In this document: positions 1 through 14,025 of the stretch, piece after piece | Numbering within the stretch: position 1 is the stretch's first letter | Layout of the letters: every line of letters starts with the position of its first letter | NCBI GenBank assembly: GCA_964106645.2 | Contig: OZ067040.1 | Strand: one strand, 5' to 3' | Source of the DNA: Podarcis pityusensis | Lineage: Eukaryota | Length of the DNA stretch: 64,000 nucleotides | The notes under the pieces: model-generated | Seen by the model: the letters and a program-made list of their open reading frames with translations, nothing else | What the model was told of the DNA's origin: nothing | The model's database searches: none | Program-made: the position numbers and the translations under genes

Positions 1-98
1 TTAAACGTATGTATATACATGAGGGATGGGGATTGTAACAAGCAAAGCTAGAGGGAAGTAAAATGCAAAAATTACAAATCATGACAGTTCCATTAGAG

Positions 99-234
99 CA
101 GGCATCCCCAAACTCAGCCCTCCAGATGTTTTGGGACTACAATTCCCATCATCCCTGACCACTGGTACTGTTAGCTAGGGATGGTGGGAGTTGTAGTCCC
201 AAAACATCTGGAGGGCTGAGTTTGGGGATGCCTG
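99..234. mobile_element. hAT-type MITE, almost fully palindromic
   Basis: Long inverted arms caggcatccccaaactcagccctccagatgttttgggactaca / tgtagtcccaaaacatctggagggctgagtttggggatgcctg; 8-bp TSD cattagag (91-98) / cgttagag (235-242). Confidence 0.9.
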
Positions 235-839
235 CGTTAGAGCTAGAATGCCTGCCAAATGAACACAGTGATCCCGCACAACAACTGTGATAGCTGATAA
301 TTAACTCAGCATTGCCAATTTTATTAACCCCAGAAATGTGAAAGGGATTACGCTTCATGCATGTGATGTAATGAACTGTTCACAAAATATTATGCCAGGT
401 GTTTCCAACCTTTTGGGGGGGGGGCAGCAGGCACATTTGGAAATTTGAGAAAGTCTTGTGAGCACTAGTCACAAAATGGCAGCCATGGGGTGTGGCATGA
501 CACAAAATGGGTGTCACACCTGAAAGAGAGATGGGATCACAAAGTGGTGCAGCCATGCCTCCCATCAACGAAAAGAAAAATGTGTGTGTATTGGCCACTG
601 CTATGGTCACTTCCAGAGAAGATATTTTCCCCTCTCCAGAACAGAAGGGAGGGTGAGTGTGGGCATATTTTAGGGGATATTTTCAATGTTGGAGATGGTG
701 AGGCAGTGTGAACAAGAACTGTGCAGGATGAGGACATTTCTCATGAAATGTGAGTTTTTGAGGGGTGAGACCTTTTGTAGATGCCATAGGAGATACTGAT
801 GCTCATACAGGTGTCCATAAGTGCCACCTTGGTGATCCC

Positions 840-901
840 TAGCTTATGCCATAATAAAGCTTGTGAGCATCTAAGGCACCACAAGACTCTTTGTTGTTTT
901 T
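840..901. mobile_element. Short degraded Penelope-like terminal fragment
   Basis: agcttatgcc-aataaa...taaggcaccacaagactc resembles, from memory, the terminal repeat of reptile Penelope-like elements; short and diverged. Confidence 0.35.
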
Positions 902-1699
902 ATTTATATAAAAGCATAAAAATGAATTTATTCTGAATAAAGTCACATCTAACTGAACATGGTCATACGGAAAAGACTGTGCAAAGTGACTTGAATATAA
1001 ATAGTGGGAGTGATAAATCAATACATTTTTATTCAGGAAACCAAGGGAGAAAAATCCCCATTCCCCTTTGTAACATATGGACTTTGGTTTTCTAGCAAAG
1101 GAACGATGCTATTGATGCTATTCATTACATAACACTCAAAGGCATGGTTCTGTCAGATTCTAGTTTAGGCCAGTCTTTGAAGTAGGCCTTTGAATTAGGC
1201 CTTTCAGGATTGAAAAGAAAATATTTAATTCAGCTTATGATCGTGTTTATTCAATTAGTAAATTCTGTCCTCAGAGTCAACCAGCAAAACGGCTTGGTAA
1301 AAACATTACATTAAAACCTTGCACACCACAAGTTCCTATGTACCTTTAAGTTTGGGTCATTCAACTATATTCGTTTGGTGCCAGAATCTGACTATATGTT
1401 GCCCAATGGCACCTGCTGTACTCCTATTAGTTTTGGAAAACTTTCCATTTTGGTTCATCGTTAGTAAGCTTCAGGGTGACTATATTCTCGTTTTCTGAGC
1501 ATCTCCCTAGCCCAGACAACTATCCCCAAACACAGTAACGATGTTCACTGTGGAAGGTTTCATAGCTCTTCCATGCACTTCGTTTATTCCAGCCATTCCT
1601 TTTATGAAAATCATGACTTGCTTTGGGTGCCATGGGCATCATCTAGTGACAAACACTATGGAAAATGGACTGACCATTGCTCTGCTGCATGCATGCTCA

Positions 1700-1890
1700 G
1701 CTAGTGGAGCACAGAGACTGAACTATGAATCACTTGAATCAGGAAACACCTGATTCAATTCTCATCTGTGCTATGAACTAGATGATCTTATAGGCAAGAC
1801 ACTCTCACTTAAACTTCAAAATCCCCAGTTCTGGGATAATCTAACGAGAATAATAAAAACCTACCTTACAAAGCTGCTGTAGGAATTACA
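1700..1890 (+). mobile_element. Degraded MIR/CORE-SINE-like relic
   Basis: Box-B-like tgattcaattc, core-like ggcaagacact...cctaccttacaaagctgctgtagg; boundaries approximate. Confidence 0.35.
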
Positions 1891-2249
1891 ATATGATCGT
1901 GACTTATGGCAAGTTCACTGGCAAAGACTCTGTGTCAGGAGCAATGTTTGGTTCCCCCACACAGAAGAATGAATGCCTAGAGTGACTTCAACTTGTGGAA
2001 CGCCATCAAACATCACCGCAGGGTTGCAGAGTGTTGCGAGCCAAAATAAAAAAGTAAATAACAAAACTCGCAAACATGCAGAGCTTAGCCACGCATAATT
2101 TTGATAGTGTAAAGCCAAGGAACACATCAGCTATTGGCACCTTATGTGTTGTTCACATCCAGATGCTACTGAAAGCACCTGCTAAGCACATATTTGTTTC
2201 AGTGTCCGTGGCCTGATTTATTTCTGATTGATGCATTGCACTAACTACA

Positions 2250-2360
2250 GCAGGGGTAGTTAACCTGTAGACCTCCAGATGTTGTGCAATAAACCCCATC
2301 ATCCCTGAACAGGCTGATGGGAGTCCCGTAACATCTGGAAGGCCACATGCTGGCCAACTC
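2250..2360. mobile_element. Degraded copy of the hAT MITE family seen at 99-234
   Basis: cctccagatgttg...cccatcatccctga...tgggagt...aacatctggaagg inverted arms. Confidence 0.6.
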
Positions 2361-5010
2361 TGAGCTACAGATTCATTTAACACCCATACAGTATCACATT
2401 TCTCAGAAGACAAACTCTAAAACCAATACTGAATTTGAACATTCAAAATTAAATTGAAAAATAAAAAAGAATACTGAAAGCCGTGGAGCACTAGCCAACT
2501 GTCATCTATGCAAAATATTGGGAATTGTTCTATAGCTTCTGTTTTATCAAGCATATTCTTTTGAGTTATGGCTTGTGTTAGAAAAAGGGCCTTACAGATA
2601 AGTGTGGATTACAGCTATTTAAAGTTGCAATATAGAATTATGGAAATTCCTCATGATGGTGAGAAACTTATCCTTCCCTTTACTGGAAAAGGTGGGGAAC
2701 TTTAGGTCCATGGGCCAAATGCAGATTTCTTACATAGCTCAGGACTCTCCCCAGGCCTTACCTGTCCCTGGCCACTCCCTTTCTTCCCAGGTCACACCTC
2801 CCCTCAGCCTTACTGGCCTAGCATTGCACCCTCCATGAGTGTTTATCCCTAGCTAGGGTTGGCACAGCCTAGTTAGCACATGCACAGCTTTGAGAAGGAG
2901 GTAGAAGGCTCTAGGACCCTGTCAGAGCCCTCATGGCATGAGGACTGGATGGAGGGGGGGGGCAAATTTTGGTCTAGCTCAGTGCGCCATAGTACCAAAG
3001 TCCATCCCTGGTCCCATTTTGCCGCTTGAGGTGAAACAGGAATTGCTGCCCTGTGCTGCCTGCCGTGCCACCACCAATTTTGGGTGAGGTCAAAATTTCA
3101 CAAGATCTCATCAGAAATTGGTGCTGATGCCAGTGCCACTTCTCTGCCAGCTGGGGGTGCAGCGGATGGTACACCAGGGGAGGTGCTGCCTCAGGGACTT
3201 CCTCCAGCTGAGGCGGCAGCTACAACCCGCCTCATGGCTGGGATGGGCCTGACCCTAGTGTGAATGTGAATGTGTACTTGAATTCTGAGAATGCTTCTTA
3301 CTTTCTTGGATGGAGAATAAAGTGCGGGTGGGTGTAGAAACAAGCCTACTGTCTAGAGGTAAAATTAACATTTGTTGCTTCTTCTTCTTCTGACCCTGTC
3401 CATCCCTGATATGTGGTCCCTGGAGGTTTGTTTAGTAGGGAATGTGTCCCTCAGGCTGAAAAATATTTTCCTCCGCTTGCTTTGCTGCCATGGTCCTTAT
3501 CTAAAGATGATTTCAGACTGTAAACAAGGATGGTTGAGTTAGATTTTTATTCCCACCCTTCCTCCCAAAAGTGTCTGGGGTGACCACACAACATCTTAGT
3601 TTAACAACAACAACAGCAGCTCATACTTCTTGGGTAATGTGAGGAGGAAGAACTCAAGCACCTTGCCTACTGTGAGAGAAGCACACTTTGTGTACATAAG
3701 TGAAGCTTATGCATCTCACCTGGGAGATACTTGATGTACTGATTCAAAGAAGTGAATTCCTTATTGCACTTGTTTGAATGTCCCCACATGTCTGGATGTC
3801 TGAAGTTGTCCAAAGTTCACTTCTGAAATTGCACTCTATCCATTTCTGTTCGTTATAATCCAAAGAGCCTTTTTCCTGTCAAGTTTTGCCAATTATCCCT
3901 GTGAAGGCGTCCCCAGATAAGAAAACAGCAAGAGAAACTTTGGTGGTGAAACAAAAGTATCTTGTTGTAAAAAGAAAGAAGGGAAAAGAAGATCAAATGC
4001 CCCAACAACTCTGTACTTAAGACAACATTTTTGATGCCAAAGGGAATGTGTTAGGTCACTTGTTTCATCCAGCCTCACTCCCCAGTTCTGCCTAGGCCAA
4101 CTCCTTTTCAACACTCCTTTTGGTCAGTTCCTCCCCCCCAAAAAAACTCTTTAGAAGGTGCAAAGCCCATGAAATTCTCTGGATCATGTCCTCTGGCTCT
4201 TATACTTCTCAGCTCACACAAAGCAACATACACATTAGCAGCTAAAAACAGAGCATCGTAGTTTGCCCCCACTGCATTTCAAGTCACATTTGCATTTTGC
4301 TGTAAACACCAGAGAGGGGGTGGGGATGTTATCACCTAATGCATATTACTTGCTTGGTTTCCCCATCCCTTGACACCCCCCCAACTCAAATTTATGTGTG
4401 ATGGCTGCCTCAGGTGTTAATATCTCTATTTAACTGAGAAGTGAATGTGGCTTATGTATTCCTTTTGATTGAAGCTGGTCTGAGGAAAAACGCATCACAC
4501 AGCAGCATTTCTCAAGAAACTACACAAAACTTTGCATCATGGCAACATCATTTGTACACAGACTCAAAAGCCAATGGTAGGAGCACACTGGAGCCAGCGT
4601 AAACAGTAATGTGTACACAGCTTTAATTCACTTTTCAATGACTTCCAAGTTTTACATTTACCTTACTTATGGGCAGCTTTGAACTGCTTCTTAGAGAATA
4701 AATGGAGAGAGCCTCTGTTATTTGAGAGGCTAGTTTTGTCCAGATACAAGGGTAGCCATACAATTGCTGCCTCTAATAGGCCTGATTCATACAACCGGTT
4801 TACCAAGTCAGTTGATGGTAGTGTCAGAAATGCCCATTAAGTGTATGTAAGTTCTTGACCTCTTTGACTTCACTAACAACCAAAGATATATACCAAACTC
4901 TGTTGTTATCAGGTCTTTGTAACACTGGGACCACAAAGCCCTCAGCTGGGTATATCTTTCCTTGGGAAAAGACAGTTAGCAGGCAATACAATAACCCTAT
5001 TCAACAATTT

Positions 5011-5306
5011 GAAGATATGTCATTTCAACGAAGGAGCAAAGGTGATTTCTGTTACTCTAGAGGGTCAGACCTGAACCAATAGGTTCGAATTACAAGACAA
5101 AAAAATTAGACTAAACACTGAATGAATTTCCTGGTGGTATGAGCTGTTTAACAGTGGAACAGACAGCCTTGGAAGATAGCAGACTCTCCTCAATTATAGA
5201 TTATTAAGCAGATGCTGGATAGCCACCTCTCAGGGATGCTTTAATAGTCAGTTTCTATGGTGGCAGAAGATCTGACTTGATGGTTTTTAAGGTCATCTCT
5301 ATGATT
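5011..5306 (+). mobile_element. Old CR1 LINE 3' fragment
   Basis: Diverged match to the ORF2 C-terminus and 3'UTR of the CR1 at 20727-23878 (gagctgtttaacagtggaac, gactctcct, aagcagatgctggatagcca), ending in ctctatgatt. Confidence 0.7.
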
Positions 5307-6361
5307 AAAGATAGAGTGGTACCACAGGTCATAGCTTGGAGTTGGGAGGTTATATTATGTGTAATGCCTAGTTGTCTCCAATAGATTCCCAAACCATTCT
5401 CAGAAGACACTGAATTTTATTTCCATGACATATTAACCTCTCTGTGAATAATGCATTTCAACACCCATGATTAAGGTAGCAAAAATGGTGGTTTTGGCAT
5501 GAGAACTCCCAATCAGCTAAGCAAAAATTGAATTTTCAGTAAATCAAATTAGAGAGACCTGTTAGTGTGCTGCAAGATTTCCATGTAATATCAAATCAGT
5601 CCCTTTGGTGCCATCATTTCAAGAATATTTTCACATGACTATAAATTTCCTGGGCATGCCCCTTAAAGCCCGTTCTAGCCAGCATGTTTGCCAAACTAAG
5701 CACTTCTCCTCCATAGTCCACAAGCTTTAAATGATACAGGATGAAATAAGCCAACTCTCCTTTCCTGGCTTAAAAATAATCCACAAAAATCCTTCTGACA
5801 AACATTCTAGAACAGCAAGTGTCAGCCATCATTTCTTTCCAAGATTCTAAAGCCAAGTCAGAAGCAATGGAAAAAGTTGTTCCTTGTACTATGCTGATTA
5901 AACAGGCCCATTATGTTCCATCAGCAGCCCTAATAGAGATAAGACATAGCTGAGGTCAATTAATGGGGAGCTGTTAGTTTTGACCTCACCACGCAGGTAT
6001 GCTATTGACTGCAAAATTATTTAAACAGCCATTTTTTTTAACCAAAGAATATCAGGACTCCTGATTACAACAACCTTGGCAAAAATAAGGTGAAAGATAA
6101 TGTAGTTCTCAGGCTGCAGTTACCTCGGTAGTAAATAAGAGCTACGTGTGAATGGCAAAAGTGTGGCTATTAAGAAGGCCGTATATGCAGCACTAGTTGA
6201 GGGTGGTGAGGAAATATCATTGCAGTTTTATTCACTGAATGCAAGGCATATAGGTCAGACAGAACAAAGCCACAAATCCAGGTAAGGATCAATCTGTACT
6301 CTAACTGACATATAGGCAGAGGTTCAATGCCTACACCAACATCTGAGGATGCTGTTTATTC

Positions 6362-6484
6362 TAAGGTTACCAGACGTCCCCATTTCCCGGGGACAGTCCC
6401 CAGATTTACAAATCAGTCCCCATACAAAATCCATTGAAGTTGAAAAGTGTCCCCGGATTCATTGAAAAAACTCTGGTAACCTTA
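6362..6484. mobile_element. hAT-type MITE
   Basis: 13-bp TIR taaggttaccaga / tctggtaacctta; perfect 8-bp TSD gtttattc (6354-6361, 6485-6492). Confidence 0.9.
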
Positions 6485-6818
6485 GTTTATTCTTTCAAGC
6501 TATGAAGTCATTCAAAATCCACCAAAGTTTCTCCACAAGTGCACCAACCCACTTGTCCCAGCTACACTAGAATCCATGTCCAATGATAATTATGGTGCAA
6601 AATTTCCATGCACATCTGGGAGACATTCAGAATCCATCAAACCAGCACCATTTAAGGTGCTTCTTAAAGTCTTCCCTTACTCTGGATAGGATGGCTAAGT
6701 TTCGGGTTGCTTGTTGTTTCAGAAAGTACAAATCAGGTAGGGTCGCCTTTAAAGGCTGACTCCAACTTACAGTGGGGTTAGATAGCTTGGGATAATTCTA
6801 TGTTCAGCTCCATTGTTT

Positions 6819-7438
6819 GTTTTTTTCAATTTTTTAAAATTAATTTTCACAAAATTACAAACAAACAAACAAGTAAATAAACATAACCTTATTAAAAATT
6901 ACACGTATTAACATTGTTAAGTGACTTCCTCACTTCCCCTTGGTTGAATTTCAATGTATATCCTTTTAATGGTTTTCCAAATCATAGTTCTTATAAATTA
7001 ACTTGAGCATTAACTTCCTTAAATCTTTTCATTTTGTAGTTAAACATATTAATTCATCACTTAACTTATATAAAATCCTAAGCCAATTAAATATCTGCAA
7101 GCTGTTTCTCATTAATTTAATTTAACATATTTAACTAAATACTCATTAAATTTTGTCCATTCTTCCTGATACTCCTCCTCCTTCTGGTCGTGGACGCTTC
7201 CGGTTAGGTCGGCTAGCTCTGAAAAGTCCATCATCTTCATCTGCCATTCTTCCACCATTGGTAATTCTTGCGTTTTCCACTTTTTAGCTAATAAAATTCG
7301 AGCAGCAGTTGTGGCATACAAAAATAATTTAACATCTTTCTTGGGCAATTCCTGACTAATTATTCCAAGAAGAAAGGCCTCTGGTTTCTTTATAAATGTA
7401 TATTTCAACATTTTTTTCAATTCATTATAAATCTTTTC
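6819..7438 (-). mobile_element. L1-clade LINE 3' fragment
   Basis: Encodes WEKIYNELKK..KKPEAFLLG..ATTAARILLAKKWK (same domain as 24210-25244); T-rich tail on + strand; probable TSD ccattgttt (6810-6818, 7439-7447). Confidence 0.85.
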
Positions 7439-7497
7439 CCATTGTTTTGCAAGTTGCCCTGACACTTTGGTGTAAGGCAACAAAATAAGCCAGAGAG

Positions 7498-7501
<4 letters not shown>

Positions 7502-7540
<39 letters not shown>
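7502..7540. repeat. (AG)n microsatellite
   Basis: Pure dinucleotide run. Confidence 0.95.
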
Positions 7541-7542
<2 letters not shown>

Positions 7543-9158
7543 TTTTGGGGAAGGGAAAGATATATATGTAATGCTTAGGATGGAATAGCTCTGAGTTAGA
7601 GGATCAAATTTCTGCCTGTGATTTGTAAATGGCAATTTATGCATGCAGATAAATTATCGGTGCCTCTGGCTGGATCCAATGGTGCCCTATATAAAGCAGA
7701 AATTCTGTGGGAGTTGATACGTTTCGTAGAGACAGCTTGTGTGGTGAGAGACTCACTAGAGATCTAACTGATAAAGTCTCTACTGTGCTTTACATTCACT
7801 TCTGGTCTCTTATAAAATATATTTCACAGTCCAGAATATCTAGCCAGATTCAAATAGTTTTGGATTAGTTTAAGAGAAGGGGCTATCTGGAACAATTCTG
7901 GCAAGCTCCCCGCAAGTAAGCATTATGATGTATTTCTTTAATTAAGAGGCTGTGGCCAACAGCTGTTGTAATCTTATTGGACTGGTAGTGTGGACATGCT
8001 TCACTGCCACCGCATGCTCTGCTGTTCTTCCTTCAAGCCATTTGCTTTCAGTAGATGCTAAGTTTTGTTTTCAGCACTTGCTACATAACCCACAGGATAT
8101 TGGCAATAAGCACTCCCGTTACTCACAGCCCTCGTTAGCCCTCATTAGCGTGGTGTAAAAGATAAAATGCTTTCATTCCACCCACGGCAAAACCAGATTA
8201 GAATTTGGAGTTTGCAGCTTGAGGCCACGCGATTCACTTTTGCCAGTTATCTGACATACAGGTCATTCACTGGTGAATACTGCATGAAGAATTTACAACA
8301 TTTCTAAAATAGCTCCAGAAGCGTTGCAGAAATATCCCCATGTCGACAAAGCAATGGAATCTTGGAAACTGTGACATTAAAACAAGACCGAATATAATCT
8401 TTGCTACAGAAAGCTCACTCTCAACCACCCCACCCACTCCTTAATGGCCAGAATACCCCTCATGGATAGAAAAGTGTATGAGTTTTTCCTACATTCTTCA
8501 TGGAAAATGCCAGGAAAATTTATATCTTCCACTCTCAAACCACTGTATTCACTTAGGCATGTGTATAAAATCCTAGGAAAGGGATAACTGCGTGTACATG
8601 CTTCTTTGAAAAGATGGTTCTTTTAATATCAAATGTGATATGAAAGCAAATCAGGGAGATGGTAACTCCAACATGAAGTCAATGGAGGACTGAACACATG
8701 TTGATGAGGGGAATGAAGCTTTATTAAAAAACTGAAGTGATGGACTGCTGTGACATTTTGCTACTGCTAAACAAGGGTTTTGATGACGTAGCTGCACTAA
8801 ACCATTTTTACTGAAGACATCTTGAATTACTCTTGGTTCAGATTCATCTGTCTCCTAATGTGCAAGGTGCATTGTGACTTTTTCAAGTAAGCTGCCTCCC
8901 CCTCCTCAAGTAGGAGCATTATATAAATGGGAATTTCATTTGAGATCAGTTGCAGCTCCTGGCTGCTTTCTTTCCTTTATGAGAACAGAGTATAGAGAGC
9001 AAGGGGAAGTCTATTTCTTAGCTGAAGTGAAAATGAGGAAAAGTTGAAAAATTCCAGTTCCATGGTCCGTATGCAAGACTTGACCTCAAACAAGCAAGCC
9101 AAAATTCCAGTCCTCTAACTTGAGGTGTCATTTCACTAATAGGCAATCTTTTTCACTC

Positions 9159-9294
9159 CAGGGTATCAAACACTCAATGTGGTACTTTCCAGATGTTGTC
9201 AGACTCACCAACCCCAGTCAGCATGAGCAATGGTCAAGGATGATAGGAGTCAGAGTCCAGCAACATCTTGAGGGTACCACATTTACCATTCCTG
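9159..9294. mobile_element. Degraded hAT MITE (family of 99-234)
   Basis: caggg...tccagatgttg ... caacatcttgagg...cctg inverted arms. Confidence 0.6.
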
Positions 9295-10665
9295 ATCTAA
9301 CGCAAAATCTGAAGCCTGGATAACTGTGCACAGCTTTTAATAAAACTGAGTGTTATCCTAAATGACATGTTTCAGCCTAATTTACTCCCTTTCTTTATTT
9401 TGGATATGACTACAACTTTCCCCCAAAGGCTGGCCAATTTCAACAAACATGTTTCAGCTCAGGGAGATGAAATGCTTTTAGCTATTCCTTTCAAGTTGGG
9501 GTTACTGCTATGAGCTTCAAACACACTTGCCTGATTTCTTCACATTAGAGCCAGTGACCCAGAGTGAAATTTTAAATTAAAAAAAATTACTCAAAGACAT
9601 GTTTTAGATTTTGGAACACAGAAATTGCCAGAAGAAAAATGCTTGGCACCAACAATGGATGCAAACTCATCACGGTAATAATTTAGGCCACTATATTTTA
9701 TAGGGAAGGTGTGTATATCCGTGTGTGAAATAAACCTTCATTCTGCTGTTTGCTTATGATAAGTGGAAGTAGATGAGTGCAAAGAGACATTGAGGAAATG
9801 AAGTACCTCGTGTTGGCGTCAACAAAGCCATAATCTCAAGTCATACACAAATTATTAGAGGAGACAATCAACAATTAATCTTTTCCTCATTCCGCACCCT
9901 GCCAGCATGGCAGCATCTGGTGACACTTTGTTAGGTATAGTTAAGCCAAATACAGAAAACATAACTGTGGATTGTGGGACATTATTGGAATTTCTAGATT
10001 GTCCCTAACACCCATGAATTAGATGCAAAATATCCACTCAATAGAACCATCCCAAAATAGAACCATTTCTCAAAGCCAGTCTAAATGTCATTTTCACTGT
10101 GGGAATCAACATTCTCTTGATGATGACCTACCTGCCAACTAGAAGCAGAACTCTTTGTTGGAAACGCTAAGCAATGTTTTCCCACATAAGTGTTGAGGGT
10201 GAGGAAACTCATTGTTCAGTTCACATAGTTTTGCACTATGATGATACAACCTGAGACTGGGAAATCTACCATAGAATTATTGTGGCAGTCTATGCTACTT
10301 TGTATGGTATTTCTGTAGAATGGTAATGAAAGACCTATTTCAACTTAGGTTACTATACTATTTTCACAGTTTCAGTTTAATGTATCCTTAAGTCACAAGA
10401 GTGCTAATATTTATTTAAAACACTTTGATCCCATCTTTTCTCAGTGAGCCCAAGGTGGTTGCTGTGAGGGGTTGACTTTAATTTCTGGACCCTTTGGGGG
10501 AAGTCATGTGCTTTATATGTCCCTTAAATGTATGGTGTGGATGTGATCCCACAGTTTCTCTTTGGTGGTGTATTTAGCAGTAATTCATTTATATAGTAGG
10601 GCAAATTCCATTTTCAAATTGCAGCTCGGAGCCATAAAAATGAATCCTTGGCTCCCACAAACTAT

Positions 10666-11505
10666 TTGTTGTTGTTGTTTTGTTGTTTAGTCGTGTCCGA
10701 CTCTTTGTGACCCCATGGACCAGAGCACGCCAGGCACTCCTGTCTTCCACTGCCTCCCACAGTTTGGTCAAACTCATGCTGGTAGCTTCAAGAACACTAT
10801 CCAACCATCTCATCCTCTGTCGTCCCCTTCTCCTTGTGCCCTCCATCTTTCCCAGCATCAGGGTCTTTTCCAGGGAGTCTTCTCTTCTCATGAGGTGGCC
10901 AAAGTATTAGAGTCTCAGCTTCAGGATCTGTCCTTCCAGTGAGCACTCAGGGCTGATTTCCTTAAGAATGGATAGGTTTGATCTTATTGCAGTCCATGGG
11001 ACTCTCAAGAGTCTCCTCCAGCACCATAATTCAAAAGCATCAATTCTTCGGCGATCAGCCTTCTTTATGGTCCAGCTCTCACTTCCATACATCACTACTA
11101 GGAAAACCATAGCTTTAACTATACGGACCTTTGTTGGCAAGGTGATGTCTCTGCTTTTTAAGATGCTGTCTAGGTTTGTCATTGCTCTTCTCCCAAGAAG
11201 CAGGCGTCTTTTAATTTCGTGGCTGTTGTCACCATCATGGAGCCCAAGAAAGTAAAATCTCTCACTGCCTCCATTTCTTCCCCTTCTATTTGCCAGGAGG
11301 TGATGGGACCAGTAGCCATGATCTTCGTTTTTTTGATGTTGAGCTTCAGACCATATTTTGCGCTCTCCTCTTTCACCCTCATTAAAAGGTTATTTAATTC
11401 CTCCTCACTTTCTGCCATCAAGGTTGTGTCATCTGCATATCTGAGGTTGTTGATATTTCTTCCGGCAATCTTAATTCCAGCTAGGGATTCATCCAGCGCA
11501 GCCTT
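10666..11505 (-). mobile_element. Bov-B (RTE clade) LINE, 5'-truncated, frameshifted RT
   Basis: Fragments GIKIAGRNINNLRYADDTTLMAES, YGSESWTIKKADRRRIDAFELWCWRRLLRVPW, REDSLEKTLMLGK; (CAA)n tail; 13-bp TSD tcccacaaactat (10653-10665, 11506-11518). Confidence 0.95.
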
Positions 11506-12132
11506 TCCCACAAACTATAAACATCCCTAAACTACTGTGTTAAGTCCTGTTGCCATTATTAATGTTAGTGAAATAATAGAAATGATGCAAACAATTTATT
11601 TGTTGAATAAAATAGTGTTTCCAAAATCTTTAGAACATTTGACCACGAGAACAGTATCTGGATTGCATATATATTAATTCAAATGATCAATTGTGGTTGA
11701 CATATGACAAGAGATAGTAACCCGTTGATGGGAATTCAAAAGGAGTAGAATCAATAGAGGCTAAAGGGATTTATTAATAAATCAAACCCCAATGCTTTTC
11801 AAGGTGTTCTCTTCATTGGGGTGGACTTGCTTTTTAACAAAGCTGCCAATATCCAGTTCTTCTAAATGTATTTTAAGAGAATGGTAAAGGATCACACTGT
11901 AAGGAGTTGATTATCCATATGCTAACTGTGACCAAAGCCACAGCAGCCCCATTTTGGAGGGATCTAGCTGGAGCAGTTATTTCTTATTGATACATATAAC
12001 CTGAAAACCTCTAGAGGTCAAAAAGCAATGATAAATTTATTTCTGCTTGGTATTATTTTATTATTTATGTTAATAATGCAGACCATAACCACACAAACCC
12101 AGCTTATAAATGGCTGTGGATAATACAACAGA

Positions 12133-12360
12133 AAGTTACCAGAAAGGAGATTCCGACATCAGAAAAGAACTTTCTGGTGATAAGAGCTGTTTGACAGAGG
12201 AACAGCCTCTCTCTCAAGATGGTGGACTCTCCTTCCTTGGATGTTTTTAAGCAGAGGTTGGATGGCCATCTGTCATGGATGCTTCAGTTGAGATCCCTGC
12301 ATTTCAGGGGGTTTGGCTAGGTGACCTCAGGGTACATTCCAGCTCTACAATTCTATGATT
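12133..12360 (+). mobile_element. CR1 LINE 3' fragment
   Basis: gactctccttccttggatgtttttaagcagaggttggatggccatctgtca... ending ctctacaattctatgatt (CR1 ATTCTRTG tail). Confidence 0.85.
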
Positions 12361-13186
12361 CACTGGAATTTAATCCCAAGTAAAGGGTGTAAGGTTTATG
12401 CTGGAGTCCTAAAAGTTGCCTTGGAATAACCCCCACTGAACACAACGATACACCCAAATAAATATACACAGAATTGCACTATTAGGCTGCAATCTGATGC
12501 ACACTTACATGGAAATAAATCCTGTGGAACATAGGAAGACTTACTTCTGAGTAAACATGCCTAGGATTACACTGTCTTTCTCTTGGTTATGCTAATCTCT
12601 TCCTCTCATGTTTTACTGGTTTCTGAAGCGGTCAAGTTTTGCAGTAAAGCAAAGCCAGCTCGCCAAAGTAGCATGAGGAAAATAAAGGCAAAGGCTGTGA
12701 CCATTTCATCATTTGGGTAACTTGAAACAGAAGAAAAAATAGCGGAAGGATGAAAGGCTTTCATTTTGTTTCCTTCTGTTCGGTTTAGATCTTCAGCTCT
12801 ATGTATTAAAAGTCCAGGAGGAAAATATTAAGGGGAATCTAAATGTTGGCTAAAAACCTGACACAGAATCACACTACAATGCATTCAAATTAGATTTCCG
12901 TGCAGCTGGAGAGAAGTATTCTGAGATTTGAATAGGTTGGACTCCACTCTCCCCTTGATCAAAGACTGCACAATTGCCAAATAGTTGAAGCACTACTTGA
13001 AAGCTCCATCCAAGAGGCACATCATAAGCCCCTTCCAAGAGGCACTTCATAACTGGTGATGTGTGTATAAGTGTGTGTGTGCGCGCGTGCCCATTGTATC
13101 CATATTTTACTCAATTGCATATCACAGACTGGCTGGACATAGAGGAATGGTGGAAGGCACCAACTGGGTAGAGCAACTCACAGAGA

Positions 13187-13187
<1 letters not shown>

Positions 13188-13221
<34 letters not shown>
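13188..13221. repeat. (AAT)n microsatellite, probably tail of an antisense L2-type 3' end
   Basis: Trinucleotide run followed by tttatttgtaccccaccctcccc... Confidence 0.85.
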
Positions 13222-13609
13222 TTATTTGTACCCCACCCTCCCCGGCTGGAGCCGGGCTCAGAGCAGCTAACATTTTATAAAGAATACAATATGCGTAAAA
13301 ACAATCAATCAATTAAAATGCATCCCAAAATTAATTCAAATAAGTTAAAGTTAAAACTGGACAAATGACAATCCTTAGGTTAAAACTGAAAGCGGTTAAT
13401 ACTCACCAGGACCAACTGTTTCCACTGATATTATAAGGACCTGTAAGCGGGCTGGGAGTAAGAATGGGAGAAGAGGCCAGTTTGTCTCGTCCCTAAGGAG
13501 GTAGGATAAATGTGATGCAGGTCACATTTAAATGCAAGCCCACCTGATCTGTACTTCCCAAAACAATATGTGAACCAAAACACAGCCATCCAACCATTTT
13601 GATGCAGCT

Positions 13610-13900
13610 TCCCAACCAGATAATGTGTACAAAAATGCACATACTAGAGGAAAGCATACATAAATGCATGAATTAGTGAAAATAGTATACAAAAATGCAT
13701 TTAATTAGGGGGAATTGCTTGTAAAAAGATTTATATTAAGCAAAGTTGCATTAAAATGCATGTTAGGAGAAATTGGCATTAAAATGCTGGTGAATTTTTA
13801 TGAGGACTTTGGAAAATGAAAAAAGAATGATGCAGAAATGTGGAGAACTTAACTTAGAAATTGAGAAAATGAGAAACCATATCTGACACGTTGGCCCATT
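13610..13900. mobile_element. Old AT-rich non-autonomous DNA-transposon-like repeat (same family at 16877-17285, 27955-28260, 61885-62282)
   Basis: Shared motifs tgtacaaaaatgca, ttagtgaaaata, aaaatgctggtgaatttt, ggagaactt/ggagaactg among the four loci. Confidence 0.6.
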
Positions 13901-13973
13901 TATCCTCATTCCTCTTGTACTTCTAATTGTGTGGTGGGGAGTGGGGTGGGTTTAAAATCCCTGAATAGAATTA

Positions 13974-13976
<3 letters not shown>

Positions 13977-14012
<36 letters not shown>

Positions 14013-14025
14013 ATCTATCTATCTA
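13977..14025. repeat. (TATC)n microsatellite
   Basis: Tetranucleotide run. Confidence 0.95.

Noticed and set aside
6226-6281. Possible small exon (cattgcAG...CAG|GTAAGG)
   Set aside because: Good donor but no polypyrimidine tract; peptide unrecognised.
13008-13053. Short tandem duplication tccaagaggcac(a/t)tcataa x2
   Set aside because: Only two units; ordinary slippage duplication, not an array.
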